Below, one piece after another: positions 34,545 to 50,344 of a stretch of DNA of 64,000 nucleotides. The DNA is from Cyanobium sp. (GTDB taxonomy: Bacteria; Cyanobacteriota; Cyanobacteriia; PCC-6307; Cyanobiaceae). The first letter of the stretch is position 1. Every line of letters begins with the position of its first letter. The stretch covers positions 60,715 to 124,714 of the forward strand of contig JBIJAG010000002.1 of NCBI GenBank assembly GCA_044345855.1, written 5' to 3'. Both the position numbers and the translations under genes were made by a program. The notes under the pieces were generated by a model. It saw only the letters and a program-made list of their open reading frames with translations. It ran no database searches and had not been told where the DNA came from.

Positions 34545-35654
34545 ATGGCGATCGTTTCCTCCCAGCCGGGCTCTGTTTCGCCTGGCGCCCGCGACCGCCC
34601 CCTCTCCTTCGGCGAGAGCTCTTCCTCGCGCTCGGGGCTGACCGATCCCCAGATTCGGCCGGAGGACGCACCGAATCCCGGCGAGGATCGCCCCCGCGAC
34701 GATTCCCTCCGCCCCCGCCGTCTCGCCGACTACATCGGCCAAAGCGAACTCAAGCAGGTGCTGGGGATTGCCGTGGAGGCCACCCGGGGTCGCGGTGAGG
34801 CCCTCGATCATGTGTTGCTGCACGGTCCGCCCGGCCTGGGCAAGACCACCATGGCCCTGGTGCTGGCCGAGGAGCTCGGGGTGCGCTGCCGCATCACCAG
34901 TGCCCCGGCCCTGGAGCGCCCCCGCGACATCGTGGGTTTGCTGGTGAACCTGCAGCCCCAGGAGGTGCTGTTCATCGATGAGATCCACCGGCTCAACCGC
35001 GTGGCCGAGGAACTCCTGTACCCCGCCATGGAAGATTTCCGCCTCGATCTCACCGTGGGCAAGGGCACCACGGCCCGCACCCGCAGCTTGCCCTTGGCCC
35101 CCTTCACCCTGGTGGGCGCCACCACCAGGGCCGGGGCCCTGAGTTCGCCCCTGCGGGACCGCTTCGGCCTGATCCAGCGGCTCGAGTTCTATGAGCTGAA
35201 CGATCTCCAGGCCATCGTGCAGCGCACCGCCAGCCTGCTGGCCATGGAACTGGATACTGGCGCCTCCCTGGAGGTTGCCCGCCGCTGCCGCGGCACCCCC
35301 CGCATCGCCAATCGGCTGCTGCGCCGGGTGCGGGATGTAGCCGTGGTGGGAGGGCATGGCCGCATCAGCGCGGATCTGGTGGATGGGGCCCTGCGCCTTC
35401 ACCGGGTTGACGCCCGCGGCCTCGATGCCAGTGACCGGCGGTTGCTCCGTCTCCTCCTCGAGGGCTACGGGGGCGGTCCGGTGGGATTGGACACCCTGGC
35501 GGCGGGCCTGGGGGAGGATCCGGCCACCCTCGAAGGGGTGGTGGAGCCCTATCTGCTCCAGCTCGGTTTCCTGCAGCGCACCCCCCGGGGCCGCATCGTC
35601 ACCGAGGCCGGCAAGGCCCATCTGGCCGCCGGGCCGGATGCCGCGGCGGCATGA
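34545..35654 (+). CDS. ruvB: Holliday junction branch migration helicase RuvB
   Basis: [16 protein letters not shown], Walker [22 protein letters not shown] and [21 protein letters not shown] at 34545. Confidence 0.93.
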   Translation: MAIVSSQPGSVSPGARDRPLSFGESSSSRSGLTDPQIRPEDAPNPGEDRPRDDSLRPRRLADYIGQSELKQVLGIAVEATRGRGEALDHVLLHGPPGLGKTTMALVLAEELGVRCRITSAPALERPRDIVGLLVNLQPQEVLFIDEIHRLNRVAEELLYPAMEDFRLDLTVGKGTTARTRSLPLAPFTLVGATTRAGALSSPLRDRFGLIQRLEFYELNDLQAIVQRTASLLAMELDTGASLEVARRCRGTPRIANRLLRRVRDVAVVGGHGRISADLVDGALRLHRVDARGLDASDRRLLRLLLEGYGGGPVGLDTLAAGLGEDPATLEGVVEPYLLQLGFLQRTPRGRIVTEAGKAHLAAGPDAAAA

Positions 35655-36667
35655 GCCAGCCCGTCGGCCAGGACCAGGCAAGGGCATGCTCCCGATTCCG
35701 ATCGACGGTCCCTCGTTTGGCGGCAGCCAGTCGCCAGCGCCTCGCCGTTGTGTTGCTGGGAGCGCTGGTCTGGCTGCTGCCGCTGCTGCTGGGTCTCGAG
35801 CCCGCTGTCGCCCTGGATCGGGTCGCGGCTGGCTCGGTTGCAGCGCGGCTGATGGGTCCGAGCCTCTCCCCAGCCATCGCTTCGGTCACACCCAGATTGG
35901 TTGGCGAGATGGGCCCCACTGTTCTTTCGAGCGATCGTCTCGCCCCCCCGTCGGATTCCGCCGCGTCCGTTCCCGAGCTGTTCCAGCAGGCCCTCGAGGC
36001 CAGTCGGGGCGGCCGTTTCGATCGGGCCCTCCCCCTGTGGAACCTGGTGCTCGAACGGGCGCCGGGGGATGCGGCCGCCTGGAGCAACCGGGGCAACGTC
36101 CAGCTGGCCCTGGGGGATCCCCTCGCCGCCATCGCCGACCAGGACCACTCCCTGCTGCTGGAGCCGGACAACGCCGATCCCCACCTCAACCGCGGCACCG
36201 CCGAGGAGGCCCTGGGCCGCTGGGATGCGGCCGCCGCCGACTACGCCTGGATCCTGGAGCGCAATCCCCTTGATGCCTCGGCCCTCTACAACCTCGGCAA
36301 CGTGCAGGGCTCCCGCGGCGATTGGCAGGCGGCCCGCGACCGCTTCGTGGCCGCCGCCGACGCCCGGCCAGGCTTTGCCATGGCCCGCTCCAGTGCTGCC
36401 CTGGCGGCCTTTCAACTGGATGACCTGGCGACGGCCGAGCGGGAGCTGCGCTCCCTGATCCGCCGCTATCCGCTCTTCGCCGATGCCCGGGCCGGCCTCA
36501 CCGCCCTGCTCTGGCAGCGGGGCGCTTCAGGGGAGGCGGAAAGTCACTGGGCCGCGGCCTCGGGCCTGGATCCCCGCTACCGCGAAACCGACTGGCTCCT
36601 GGGAGTACGGCGCTGGCCACCGGGGCCTGTGGCGGCGTTGGAGCGCTTTCTGAAGTTAACCAGCTGA
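35651..36667 (+). CDS. TPR-repeat protein with N-terminal signal/TM segment
   Basis: ATGA overlap with ruvB. Repeated 34-aa TPR-like units ([41 protein letters not shown]...). Confidence 0.75.
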   Translation: MSQPVGQDQARACSRFRSTVPRLAAASRQRLAVVLLGALVWLLPLLLGLEPAVALDRVAAGSVAARLMGPSLSPAIASVTPRLVGEMGPTVLSSDRLAPPSDSAASVPELFQQALEASRGGRFDRALPLWNLVLERAPGDAAAWSNRGNVQLALGDPLAAIADQDHSLLLEPDNADPHLNRGTAEEALGRWDAAAADYAWILERNPLDASALYNLGNVQGSRGDWQAARDRFVAAADARPGFAMARSSAALAAFQLDDLATAERELRSLIRRYPLFADARAGLTALLWQRGASGEAESHWAAASGLDPRYRETDWLLGVRRWPPGPVAALERFLKLTS

Positions 36668-36676
36668 GCCTGCCCC

Positions 36677-37321
36677 CTATCGGCTGGCCTCCACATAGAT
36701 CGATTCCGCCATCCTTTCCCACAAATTCAGGGCCCCGGGTTGCTTCAGGGTGGTGCTCCCGGCCGGGAGGGCGGTGGCGTTATGGAATCCGTGGCGTGTG
36801 AGCAGCGCGCAGAGGGAGGTTTCGTCGTAGAGCCATAGGTGGTGGCGCGGGCCGTTGAACGCGTCTCGGAGCCGCGCCAGCATGGAGCGGGGGCGATCCA
36901 CGCAGGTGAACAGCGATGCGATGAAGCGGTCACCATCGCCCTGGTCTGCATAGGTTGAAACCAGCTGCTTCAGCCCCGGGGTGGAGAGCCGGATGACGCC
37001 TCCAGGTCGAAGCACCCGCCGGGCTTCGCGAAGGAACAGGTCGGCATCCTGGCGATCCAGGTGTTCGATCATGTGGCTGGAGTAGATCACCTCTACCGAA
37101 CCATCCGGCCATGGGATGTGTCGGGTGGCGTTGCAATGGCCGATGCTGTTGGCGCGGCAGAAACTTACGTAGGCGATCGACTGCCTATCCAGCAGCTTTA
37201 ATCTCCCCGCCAACTGAATCAGGGCTGGGGGAAGCTTGGCCAGTCGGACGCTCGGAGAATTGTCGTAATTCACCCAACCGGCGATAGGGCTCTGCCCGCA
37301 GCCGATTTGAATCAGGGTCAT
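36677..37321 (-). CDS. Class I SAM-dependent methyltransferase
   Basis: MTLIQIGCGQSPIAGWVNYDNSP (motif I) ... IYSSHMIEHL...LREARRVLRPGGVIRLSTP. ATG at 37321 chosen. The ORF stays open upstream to 37723, but that part has no methyltransferase features. Confidence 0.7.
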   Translation of the reverse strand: MTLIQIGCGQSPIAGWVNYDNSPSVRLAKLPPALIQLAGRLKLLDRQSIAYVSFCRANSIGHCNATRHIPWPDGSVEVIYSSHMIEHLDRQDADLFLREARRVLRPGGVIRLSTPGLKQLVSTYADQGDGDRFIASLFTCVDRPRSMLARLRDAFNGPRHHLWLYDETSLCALLTRHGFHNATALPAGSTTLKQPGALNLWERMAESIYVEASR

Positions 37322-37771
37322 CGTGCTGCGCCAATCGAAGTCGAACGTATCACGGGCTCCCTGGATGCCGATGCCCCGATCGTGAGCCGTGGGCGTGAGG
37401 GGCTGCCTGGGAGCGAACTGGGGGCGTTGTTCATCGGGGTGCAGCAAGGGAGCGCCACTGCCGCCGCCGCTGCGCGGCATGGCCTCGCTGTGGACCTCTG
37501 CAGCGCTGCCCTTGGGAGGTGGCTCACGCTGTCGTGATTGGTCGCCGATTTGAGGGGCGAGTAACGATTGACACTGCGTCGCGAATTCGAAGCTGGATGA
37601 CCAGCCAAGCGGGAAGAACGCCACTCCACTGGCCTTGAGGCTGAAACTGGCTGATTTAAGGATTGATGCAATCAGGATGGCCAGGTCAATGCGATTGACA
37701 TGCTGCCCCTGCGATTTGGGCATCGTTTTTCAGTGTGACTCCCTAAACTCAATTCACCTCACCTGATTGGC

Positions 37772-38983
37772 TTGTCCCGTTCGCCTGCCCTGCTCAGCTG
37801 CCCTCAATGGCCGATTTCTGGGCTGGAAGCCACCTTGCAGGGCCTGCTTCCGGACCTGATCCAGCTGCGTCGCCATATCCACCGCCATCCCGAGCTCAGT
37901 GGCCACGAACACCAGACGGCGGCCCTGGTGTCCGGCGAGCTGCGCCGCCTGGGCTGGGACGTGCGTGAAGCGGTCGGCCGTACTGGTGTCGTGGCGGAGC
38001 TGGGTCCGGAGGGGGCTCCCGTTGTGGCTCTGCGGGTGGATATGGATGCCCTGCCGATCGAGGAGCGCACCTCCCTGCCCTGGGCCTCCGTGCACCAGGG
38101 CCTGATGCACGCCTGCGGCCATGACATCCATACGACGGTGGGCCTGGGGGTCGCGGCCCTTCTGGCCGCCCGTTGCGAGAGCCTCAGTGCCCGCGTGAGG
38201 CTGCTGTTTCAACCCGCCGAGGAAACGGCCCAGGGGGCTGCTTGGATGCGTGCCGATGGGGCTATGGAGGGGGTGGAGGCCCTGTTTGGGGTGCATGTGT
38301 TTCCGAGCATCGCGGTGGGAACCGTGGGTGTGCGCTGCGGCAGCCTCACCGCCGCCGCCGGGGAACTGGAGATTGAGGTGCTCGGCGAGAGCGGCCATGG
38401 CGCCCGGCCGCACCAGAGCACCGATGCGATCTGGATCGCGGCGCGGGTGGTGAGTGGCCTGCAGGAGGCGATCAGCCGCCGCCTGGATCCACTCCATCCG
38501 GTGGTGGTGAGCTTCGGCCGGATCGAGGGGGGGAAGGCTTTCAATGTGATCGCGGATCACGTGCGGCTGCTGGGCACGGTGCGATGCCTCGATGCAGCCG
38601 TCCATGATCGTCTGCCCGGCTGGATCGAGGACACGGTCCATGCCCTCTGCCGGGGCCATGGCGGCGAGGCCCGTGTTCATTACCGTCGCATTTCCCCGCC
38701 GGTGCACAACGATCCCGACCTCACCCGCCTCGTGGCGGCGGCGGCGGTCGACCTGCTGGGCGACTCCCGGGTGGAATGGCTGGAGCAGCCATCGCTGGGG
38801 GCCGAGGATTTCGCCGCGCTTCTGGAGGGCCACCGCGGCACGATGTTTCGGCTTGGGGTGGCGGGGCCCGCCGGCTGCACCCCGCTCCACAGCAACACCT
38901 TCGCGCCCGATGAGGACTGTCTGGCCGTCGGCATCCGGGTCCTCACCCTCAGCCTGCTGCGCTGGATGGCGACACCGTGCTGA
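37772..38983 (+). CDS. M20D-family amidohydrolase (N-acyl-L-amino acid amidohydrolase-like)
   Basis: LRRHIHRHPELSGHE, ALRVDMDALPIEE, MHACGHDIH and a C-terminal HS..F motif. Start uncertain (TTG at 37772; no in-frame ATG nearby). Confidence 0.85.
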   Translation: MSRSPALLSCPQWPISGLEATLQGLLPDLIQLRRHIHRHPELSGHEHQTAALVSGELRRLGWDVREAVGRTGVVAELGPEGAPVVALRVDMDALPIEERTSLPWASVHQGLMHACGHDIHTTVGLGVAALLAARCESLSARVRLLFQPAEETAQGAAWMRADGAMEGVEALFGVHVFPSIAVGTVGVRCGSLTAAAGELEIEVLGESGHGARPHQSTDAIWIAARVVSGLQEAISRRLDPLHPVVVSFGRIEGGKAFNVIADHVRLLGTVRCLDAAVHDRLPGWIEDTVHALCRGHGGEARVHYRRISPPVHNDPDLTRLVAAAAVDLLGDSRVEWLEQPSLGAEDFAALLEGHRGTMFRLGVAGPAGCTPLHSNTFAPDEDCLAVGIRVLTLSLLRWMATPC

Positions 38984-39225
38984 AGGCGCCCTTCCCCCCG
39001 GCGGTTTCACCACCTTCCCAGCGCCGCGCTGCCCTGTTGGCACTCGCCTCCCCCCTGCTGATCCTTCTGGCCCTGGTGGGCCTGTTGCACCGCTCTGGAG
39101 CGTCCCGCTGGGAGGTCCTACCAGCCCTGTTGATCGGGTCGGGCCTGCTGCTCACCAGCCTGCACCGCCGCCGCCGGCGCAGGAAGGAATTGCTGCGTTC
39201 GCTGCGGCAGAATCCACAGGGATAG
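38977..39225 (+). CDS. Small two-TM hypothetical protein
   Basis: GTG overlaps the end of the amidohydrolase gene. Two hydrophobic stretches plus an Arg-rich tail. Could be a chance ORF. Confidence 0.35.
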   Translation: MLKAPFPPAVSPPSQRRAALLALASPLLILLALVGLLHRSGASRWEVLPALLIGSGLLLTSLHRRRRRRKELLRSLRQNPQG

Positions 39226-39247
39226 TTGTTGTAAACAACCCATTGTA

Positions 39248-39622
39248 CTAGCTCCGAAAGGGGGCGCTCCCAGAGAACAGGTACAGCAATAGGTAATTGA
39301 TCACGGCTGGTAAGATCGGTAGCATTATTACCCATCCCGCTTTGGCGATCTGGCCCAGCAGCAGGGCGGCAAGGGCATTGATCAGGAAAAGAATCGCGAG
39401 GCCAACGGTGTTGATGCGTTGACCCTGAAGCCGGTCGTTGAAGGTGAAGCGCTGTTGGCCATACATAGAAACTCCAAAAGCAGCCAGAAAGCCAAGCAGA
39501 TTGGCCGGACCTGTGCCGATCTGAAGGCCGATTTTCAGCGTGGTCAGAATCGCTGCATGCACGGCGGTGGAAGCAATGCCCACGGCGCTGAAGCGGGCGA
39601 AGCGGTGTTTGAATGGCTTCAT
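39248..39622 (-). CDS. GtrA-like small membrane protein (putative polyprenol-sugar flippase)
   Basis: FARFSAVGIASTAVHAAIL...GPANLLGFLAAFGVSMYGQQRFTF with 4 TM segments. Lower GC. ATGA coupling to the upstream GT2 gene. Confidence 0.8.
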   Translation of the reverse strand: MKPFKHRFARFSAVGIASTAVHAAILTTLKIGLQIGTGPANLLGFLAAFGVSMYGQQRFTFNDRLQGQRINTVGLAILFLINALAALLLGQIAKAGWVIMLPILPAVINYLLLYLFSGSAPFRS

Positions 39623-40572
39623 GTACGCGTTACAGTCTTGATCACGTAGTGCGGTCTTCGTTTGGCCTCAAGATAGGATCTGCCCACATATTCTCCCAGC
39701 ACGCCGATGCCGATCAGTTGCAGTCCCCCCAGGAATGTAACGGCGAAGAAGAGCGAGGCATAGCCCGGCACGTCAATGCCATAGAAGAGCACCCGCACCA
39801 CGGCCGAGAGGCCAACGATGAAGGCGGCAGACGTCACAATCACGCCGAGGTAGCTCCAGATGCGCAGCGGTGCCGTGGAAAAGTTGAAGATTCCATCAAG
39901 GGCGTAGTTCCACAGCTTCCAGCTTCCCCACTTGGTGGTCCCCGAGCTGCGGGCAGGTCGCTTGAAGTGGATGTTCTTCTGTTGGTAGCCGATCCAGGCA
40001 AAGAATCCCTTGGAAAATCTCACCCTCTCTTCGCAGCTCAGTATGGCTTCAATTGCATCGCGATCCAGCAATCTGAAGTCGGAGGCATTGAACTGAATCT
40101 GAAGTTTGCTGAGCTTCAGAAAGAGCGAATAAAACCATTCGGAGCTCAGCCGCTTCATCAGGCCGTCACTGGATCGGTCATGGCGCACGGCATTCACCAC
40201 TTGATAGCCCTCCAGCCAGGCCTCCACCATGGTGGGAATCAGGCTGGGAGGGTCTTGGAGGTCGGCGTCGAGGATGATGCAGGCATCGGCCTGGCAGTTC
40301 CTGAGGCCGGCAAGCATGGCCGCCTCTTTGCCGAAGTTGCGGCTGAGGCTGATGATTGATCCGCCCGATAAGCAGCTGGATCCGCGAATGAGCTGCTCCA
40401 TGACCTGACAGGTCTTGTCGCTACTGCCATCATCAACGATCACGATATGAAATTGAAGTTCGCCTTTCTGATAGAGATCAAATCCTTGAATCGTGTTATC
40501 TAGAGTGTGGATGAGTGCTGCGGCTGATTCTTCTTCGTTGTGGCAAGGTATGAGTAAGTCAATTCTCTTCAC
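39619..40572 (-). CDS. GT2-family polyprenyl-phosphate glycosyltransferase (GtrB/ArnC-like)
   Basis: IDLLIPCHNEEES, IVIVDDGSSDKT, NFGKEAAMLAGL, ILDADLQDPP and two C-terminal TM helices. GTG at 40572 (VKRIDLLIP) proposed; the ORF is open to 40719. Confidence 0.85.
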   Translation of the reverse strand: MKRIDLLIPCHNEEESAAALIHTLDNTIQGFDLYQKGELQFHIVIVDDGSSDKTCQVMEQLIRGSSCLSGGSIISLSRNFGKEAAMLAGLRNCQADACIILDADLQDPPSLIPTMVEAWLEGYQVVNAVRHDRSSDGLMKRLSSEWFYSLFLKLSKLQIQFNASDFRLLDRDAIEAILSCEERVRFSKGFFAWIGYQQKNIHFKRPARSSGTTKWGSWKLWNYALDGIFNFSTAPLRIWSYLGVIVTSAAFIVGLSAVVRVLFYGIDVPGYASLFFAVTFLGGLQLIGIGVLGEYVGRSYLEAKRRPHYVIKTVTRT

Positions 40573-40754
40573 GGCTTCACTGATAAAGGTCTGATTCCTG
40601 TTCGAAGTATCGCATGGGCTATCCACGGGTGGTCTCCTCCGGCTCCCTCTGCAGCAGCTCTCGATCGGCTGCCAATGTGCCTTTCCGCCTTCGCATTGGC
40701 CGCATTGGCGATGCTCCACAGTGGATGTGCCGCCCTTGCGAATCAGCTCTGGCC

Positions 40755-41411
40755 ATGGATTCCTTCGACCCTGAGGCCGCTTCAGAACCGGGCCCGGACA
40801 TCGCCGCTTTGCGCGCTGCCATCGTCTCCGGTGACCCCGCCAGGGCCATGCCGGCTCTGGCGCGTCTGAGGGAGGTGTCGGAGGACCAGGCCATCCCTTT
40901 GTTACTGCTCGGGCTGGAGCAGACCACCTTCATGGTGCGGTCCTTAGCCTGCGCGGGTCTCGGCGTCAAACGCAACGAACTCGGCCGGCAGGCCTTGGAG
41001 CGTTTCCTGCGGAGCGACGCTGATGCCAATGTGCGCGCCGAGGCGGCCAATGCTCTCGCCAGCCATGGGGTCGAGCGCGCGTGGCCGCTTCTGCGTTCCG
41101 CCTTTGAGGCCGACGACCACTGGCTGGTTCGCTGCAGCATCCTCTCCGCCCTGGCGGAACACCCCCAGATGGATCCCGAGCGACTGCTGGATCTGGCTGA
41201 ACTGGCGCTCCGGGATGGCGATGGCAGCGTGCGGGTGGGGGGCGCCGAGATCCTCGGCCGTCTGGTGCGGGAGGCTGGCAGCGGCCTAACCCCGAGCTCC
41301 GATGACGGGGCTTCCCAGCCCTGGCAGCGGGCCAGGTCGCTGCTAATGGCACACCAGGCTGATCCGGATCATCGGGTCGTGGCGGCGGCCCTCGATGGTC
41401 TGCAGGTCTAA
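40755..41411 (+). CDS. HEAT-repeat (PBS-lyase-like repeat) protein
   Basis: Repeated units (VRSLACAGLG, ANVRAEAANALA, WLVRCSILSALA, GSVRVGGAEILG). ATG at 40755. Confidence 0.7.
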   Translation: MDSFDPEAASEPGPDIAALRAAIVSGDPARAMPALARLREVSEDQAIPLLLLGLEQTTFMVRSLACAGLGVKRNELGRQALERFLRSDADANVRAEAANALASHGVERAWPLLRSAFEADDHWLVRCSILSALAEHPQMDPERLLDLAELALRDGDGSVRVGGAEILGRLVREAGSGLTPSSDDGASQPWQRARSLLMAHQADPDHRVVAAALDGLQV

Positions 41412-41461
41412 ACCCATCCCACACGGCTGCCTCGCCCCGATTACGGCCTTGCTAGGTTGCC

Positions 41462-43101
<1,640 letters not shown>

Positions 43102-43387
43102 GCAGACCCGCTGAGGATCAGCACAGTTTGTTGGCCGGCCACCAATGGCAGGTGAACGGCCTCTAGGCCGCTGATGTCCATAGTTTTGAGCCACTTCACC
43201 ATGTGAAGCTGGCCACGTAGCTACTGGCTAGCAGGAATCCCCCCATGGAGATCACCGCCAACACAAAGAGTGTGATGGTGACCTCAGGGGTTGTTCCGCT
43301 AACCCGGAAAATGTCGCGTAGGCGAGAAGTAAGAACTGTGAAAAATGCTGGTGCTGACTTGATTCGACACTCAGGGCCTGAGCGGCT

Positions 43388-45394
<2,007 letters not shown>

Positions 45395-45476
45395 GGGGGC
45401 TCGGGGGTGTGGGGCTAAGCGGTAAGTGGGGGGCTTGGTTCCCGGGGATGGGAGGGGCCGCGCCGCGGCGCGGCGC

Positions 45477-46724
45477 TCAGGTCATCCGGCGGAACGCCAG
45501 ACAGACGTTGTGGCCGCCGAACCCGAACGAGTTGGAGAGCACGACATCAACGGGGTGTTCCCTGGCCTGGTTGGGCACGACATCCAGATCACAGGCGGGA
45601 TCGGGAGTGCGGTAATTGATCGTAGGCGGTACGAGGTTGTGGCCAATCGCCAGCACCGCTGCCACGGCCTCGATGCCGCCGCTGCCCCCGAGGAGGTGGC
45701 CGGTCATCGACTTGGTGGAACTCACCGGGATCCGATGGGCGTGTTCGCCAAGGGCCGCCTTGATGGCTGCGGTCTCGTTGCTGTCATTGGCCTGGGTGCT
45801 GGTGCCGTGGGCATTCACGTAGCTCACCTCTTCGGCGGCAAGGCGTCCGTCCGCCAGGGCCAGTCGGATCGCTTCACTGGCTCCGACGCCCCCGGGGGAA
45901 GGGAGGGTGTAGTGGTACGCATCACAGGTGACCCCATACCCCACCAGCTCCGCCAGGACGGTGGCCCCTCGGGCGTTGGCGTGGTCCAGGCTCTCCAGCA
46001 CCACCACGCCGGCCCCTTCCCCGATCACGAAGCCGTTGCGCTCCAGATCGAAGGGACGGCTGGCGGTGGCCGGATCGTCGTTGCGGAAGGAGAGGGCCTT
46101 GGCGCTGGCGAAGCCCGCCACACCGAGGGGGGTGATGGCCGATTCGGCCCCACCGCACACCATGGCGTCGGCGAGGCCGAGCTGGATCTGGCGGAAGGCA
46201 TCGCCGATGGCATTCGATCCGGCCGCGCAGGCGGTGGCCACAGCGCTGCTGGGGCCGCGGGCGCCGAGGGCGATGGCCGCCAGGCCGGTGGCCATGTTGG
46301 GGATCATCATCGGCACGCAGAACGGACTCACCCGGTCCGGTCCCCGGTCGGCCAGCACATGGGCCTGGGTTTCCATCATCAGCAGACCGCCCACGCCGGA
46401 GCCAATCGACACCCCAATGCGGTGCCGGTTGCCGTCATCAATGGTCAGGTGGGCATCGGCCACGGCCTGCTTGGCCGCAACCACCCCGAACTTGCAGAAG
46501 CGGTCCCAGCGCTTGGCCTCCTTCGGTTCGAGCCAGCCAGCTGGATCAAAGTCCTTCACCTCAGCGGCAAAGCGGCAGGCGTGCCGCGAGGCATCAAACA
46601 GGGTGATCGGCGCGACTCCGTTGCGGGCCGTGCGCAGTCCCTCCCAGTAGGCGGCAACGTCGTTGCCGATCGGTGTGACCGCGCCCAGTCCCGTGACGAC
46701 GACGCGGCGGAGTCCCTCCACCAT
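45477..46724 (-). CDS. fabF: 3-oxoacyl-ACP synthase II
   Basis: [15 protein letters not shown], active-site [27 protein letters not shown] and [10 protein letters not shown]. Confidence 0.95.
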   Translation of the reverse strand: MVEGLRRVVVTGLGAVTPIGNDVAAYWEGLRTARNGVAPITLFDASRHACRFAAEVKDFDPAGWLEPKEAKRWDRFCKFGVVAAKQAVADAHLTIDDGNRHRIGVSIGSGVGGLLMMETQAHVLADRGPDRVSPFCVPMMIPNMATGLAAIALGARGPSSAVATACAAGSNAIGDAFRQIQLGLADAMVCGGAESAITPLGVAGFASAKALSFRNDDPATASRPFDLERNGFVIGEGAGVVVLESLDHANARGATVLAELVGYGVTCDAYHYTLPSPGGVGASEAIRLALADGRLAAEEVSYVNAHGTSTQANDSNETAAIKAALGEHAHRIPVSSTKSMTGHLLGGSGGIEAVAAVLAIGHNLVPPTINYRTPDPACDLDVVPNQAREHPVDVVLSNSFGFGGHNVCLAFRRMT

Positions 46725-46731
46725 GGGCGCC

Positions 46732-46974
46732 TCAGGCCTGTTTCTCTTGGATGAACTTCACGGCATCACCCACGGTGGTGATGCCCTCGGCCGATTCGTC
46801 GGGAATCTCGATGTCGAAGGCTTCCTCTAGGGCCATCACGAGCTCGACGGTGTCGAGGGAGTCGGCGCCGAGGTCGTTCTGGAAGTTCGACTCGGGCTTC
46901 ACCTCCGCCGCATCGACGCTGAGCTGCTCGGCAACGATCGAGCGGACTTTCTCGAAGATCGCTTCCTGGGACAT
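46732..46974 (-). CDS. acpP: Acyl carrier protein
   Basis: [26 protein letters not shown] with the phosphopantetheine serine. Lies directly upstream of fabF. Confidence 0.95.
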   Translation of the reverse strand: MSQEAIFEKVRSIVAEQLSVDAAEVKPESNFQNDLGADSLDTVELVMALEEAFDIEIPDESAEGITTVGDAVKFIQEKQA

Positions 46975-47037
46975 GGCCGCTGTGTGGGAGGCCGCATCCT
47001 ACGGGTCGACCCCCTTGCGGGTTCCCGCAGCGTATGA

Positions 47038-47367
<330 letters not shown>

Positions 47368-47517
47368 GGCCGATGCCAAGCAGGTCTCGGAACCGGTCGT
47401 TGTCGACCATTTTAGGCCCTTTGGCTGGCCATTGATGTTGGCTGCTCCTTCATCTTGGCTTGCCATGGATGCTCCCCGTCCAGCCCGCCCTCGCCCCTGC
47501 TTCCCACCTTCCTCCAC

Positions 47518-47542
47518 GCCAGGCCCCGCGCCTGGCTTTTTT
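47518..47542 (+). terminator. Intrinsic terminator about 150 nt downstream of psaC
   Basis: GCCAGG-ccccgcg-CCTGGC followed by T6 (47537-47542). Confidence 0.6.
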
Positions 47543-47653
47543 GCTGGCAGCGGCCGTTTGCTGCCCGCCGGACCCGGGCGCGGGGCCCGGCCCATCTGCC
47601 CATAAGCTCAGCTGGCGTGCTCTCCGCCGCCCCCCGTCCCGAGCCCCCCAGCT

Positions 47654-49609
<1,956 letters not shown>

Positions 49610-49675
49610 CTGGCCTGTTGCGGTGGGCGGCAACGCTCGCTTCGCTCGCTCACACCGCCCACCGCAACAGGCCAG
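49610..49675. repeat. REP-like perfect hairpin (21-bp stem) directly after the glmS stop
   Basis: ctggcctgttgcggtgggcgg (49610-49630) pairs perfectly with ccgcccaccgcaacaggccag (49655-49675). 24-nt loop. Confidence 0.85.
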
Positions 49676-49721
49676 CTACTGAGGGGGTAAGGGGGGATGG
49701 AAGCGCAGGCTCTTGGGTGAT

Positions 49722-49761
49722 GCTCGCTTCGCTCGCTTACACCGCCCACCGCAACAGGGCC
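49722..49761. repeat. Second (half) copy of the REP-like unit
   Basis: gctcgcttcgctcgcttacaccgcccaccgcaacagggcc is near-identical to 49635-49673 (one substitution, one extra G). It lacks the complementary left arm. Confidence 0.8.
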
Positions 49762-49794
49762 GAGCTCCCCGCGGTGGCCGGTGCGGCGGATCTC

Positions 49795-50088
49795 TCAGCA
49801 GTAGGCAGAGTCGTGGTCGGGGTGCAGCGACAGGAGGCGGAGCCAGTCGCCAACGCGCCAGGCCACGCTCCGCCAGCTGCGGCTCACCCGCAGGGAGTAG
49901 AGCCCCTGGCCCTAGGGGCCCTGACGGCTCTGGATCAGTTCTCAGCGCAGTCCCTTGCTGAGCACAAGCTGCTGCCAGTCCATCGCCTGCAGGAGGCGCA
50001 GGGTTTTGAGCACCGCCCAGGCTTCGTCCTTCTGGAGGGCCAGCAGGTTGGCCTGAATCTCCGGATTGTTGAGATCCAGGGCGATCAC
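49795..50088 (-). pseudogene. RelE/ParE-superfamily-like toxin remnant with two in-frame stops
   Basis: A single frame reads VIALDLNNPEIQANLLALQKDEAWAVLKTLRLLQAMDWQQLVLSKGLR*ELIQSRQGP*GQGLYSLRVSRSWRSVAWRVGDWLRLLSLHPDHDSAYC. Stops are TGA at 49942-49944 and TAG at 49912-49914. The GTG overlaps the antitoxin stop. Confidence 0.55.
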
Positions 50089-50344
50089 GGCTGCTGGCTG
50101 AGGTGCTGCTCCAAGGCGTCGAGGTGGTCAGGGAAGGCGGTTGGTCGATGGCGGCCAGGGCCCGATCCAGCCGGTTGGTCGCTTCAGGCTGGTGCAGCCA
50201 CAACTCCGCATCCGGAATGGTGCGGGCCGTCTTGATCAGCCACACCCCGGGCTCGGGGCTCTCGATCAGCACGGTGCGTCCGGCGAATTCCTTGCCCAGG
50301 GAGATCTGGCCGCTGGCCCTCACCCGCTTCTCCGATGCCGTCAT
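50085..50344 (-). pseudogene. AbrB/SpoVT-type antitoxin, apparently frameshifted near its 3' end
   Basis: MTASEKRVRASGQISLGKEFAGRTVLIESPEPGVWLIKTARTIPDAELWLHQPEATNRLDRALAAIDQ in one frame. A plausible C-terminus, FPDHLDALEQHLSQQP*, is in another frame and is reached by a 1-nt shift near 50127-50135. Confidence 0.55.

Noticed and set aside
47543-47653. glmS ribozyme upstream of glmS
   Set aside because: The leader is only about 110 nt and lacks recognisable glmS-ribozyme core sequences. That ribozyme is also not typical of cyanobacteria.
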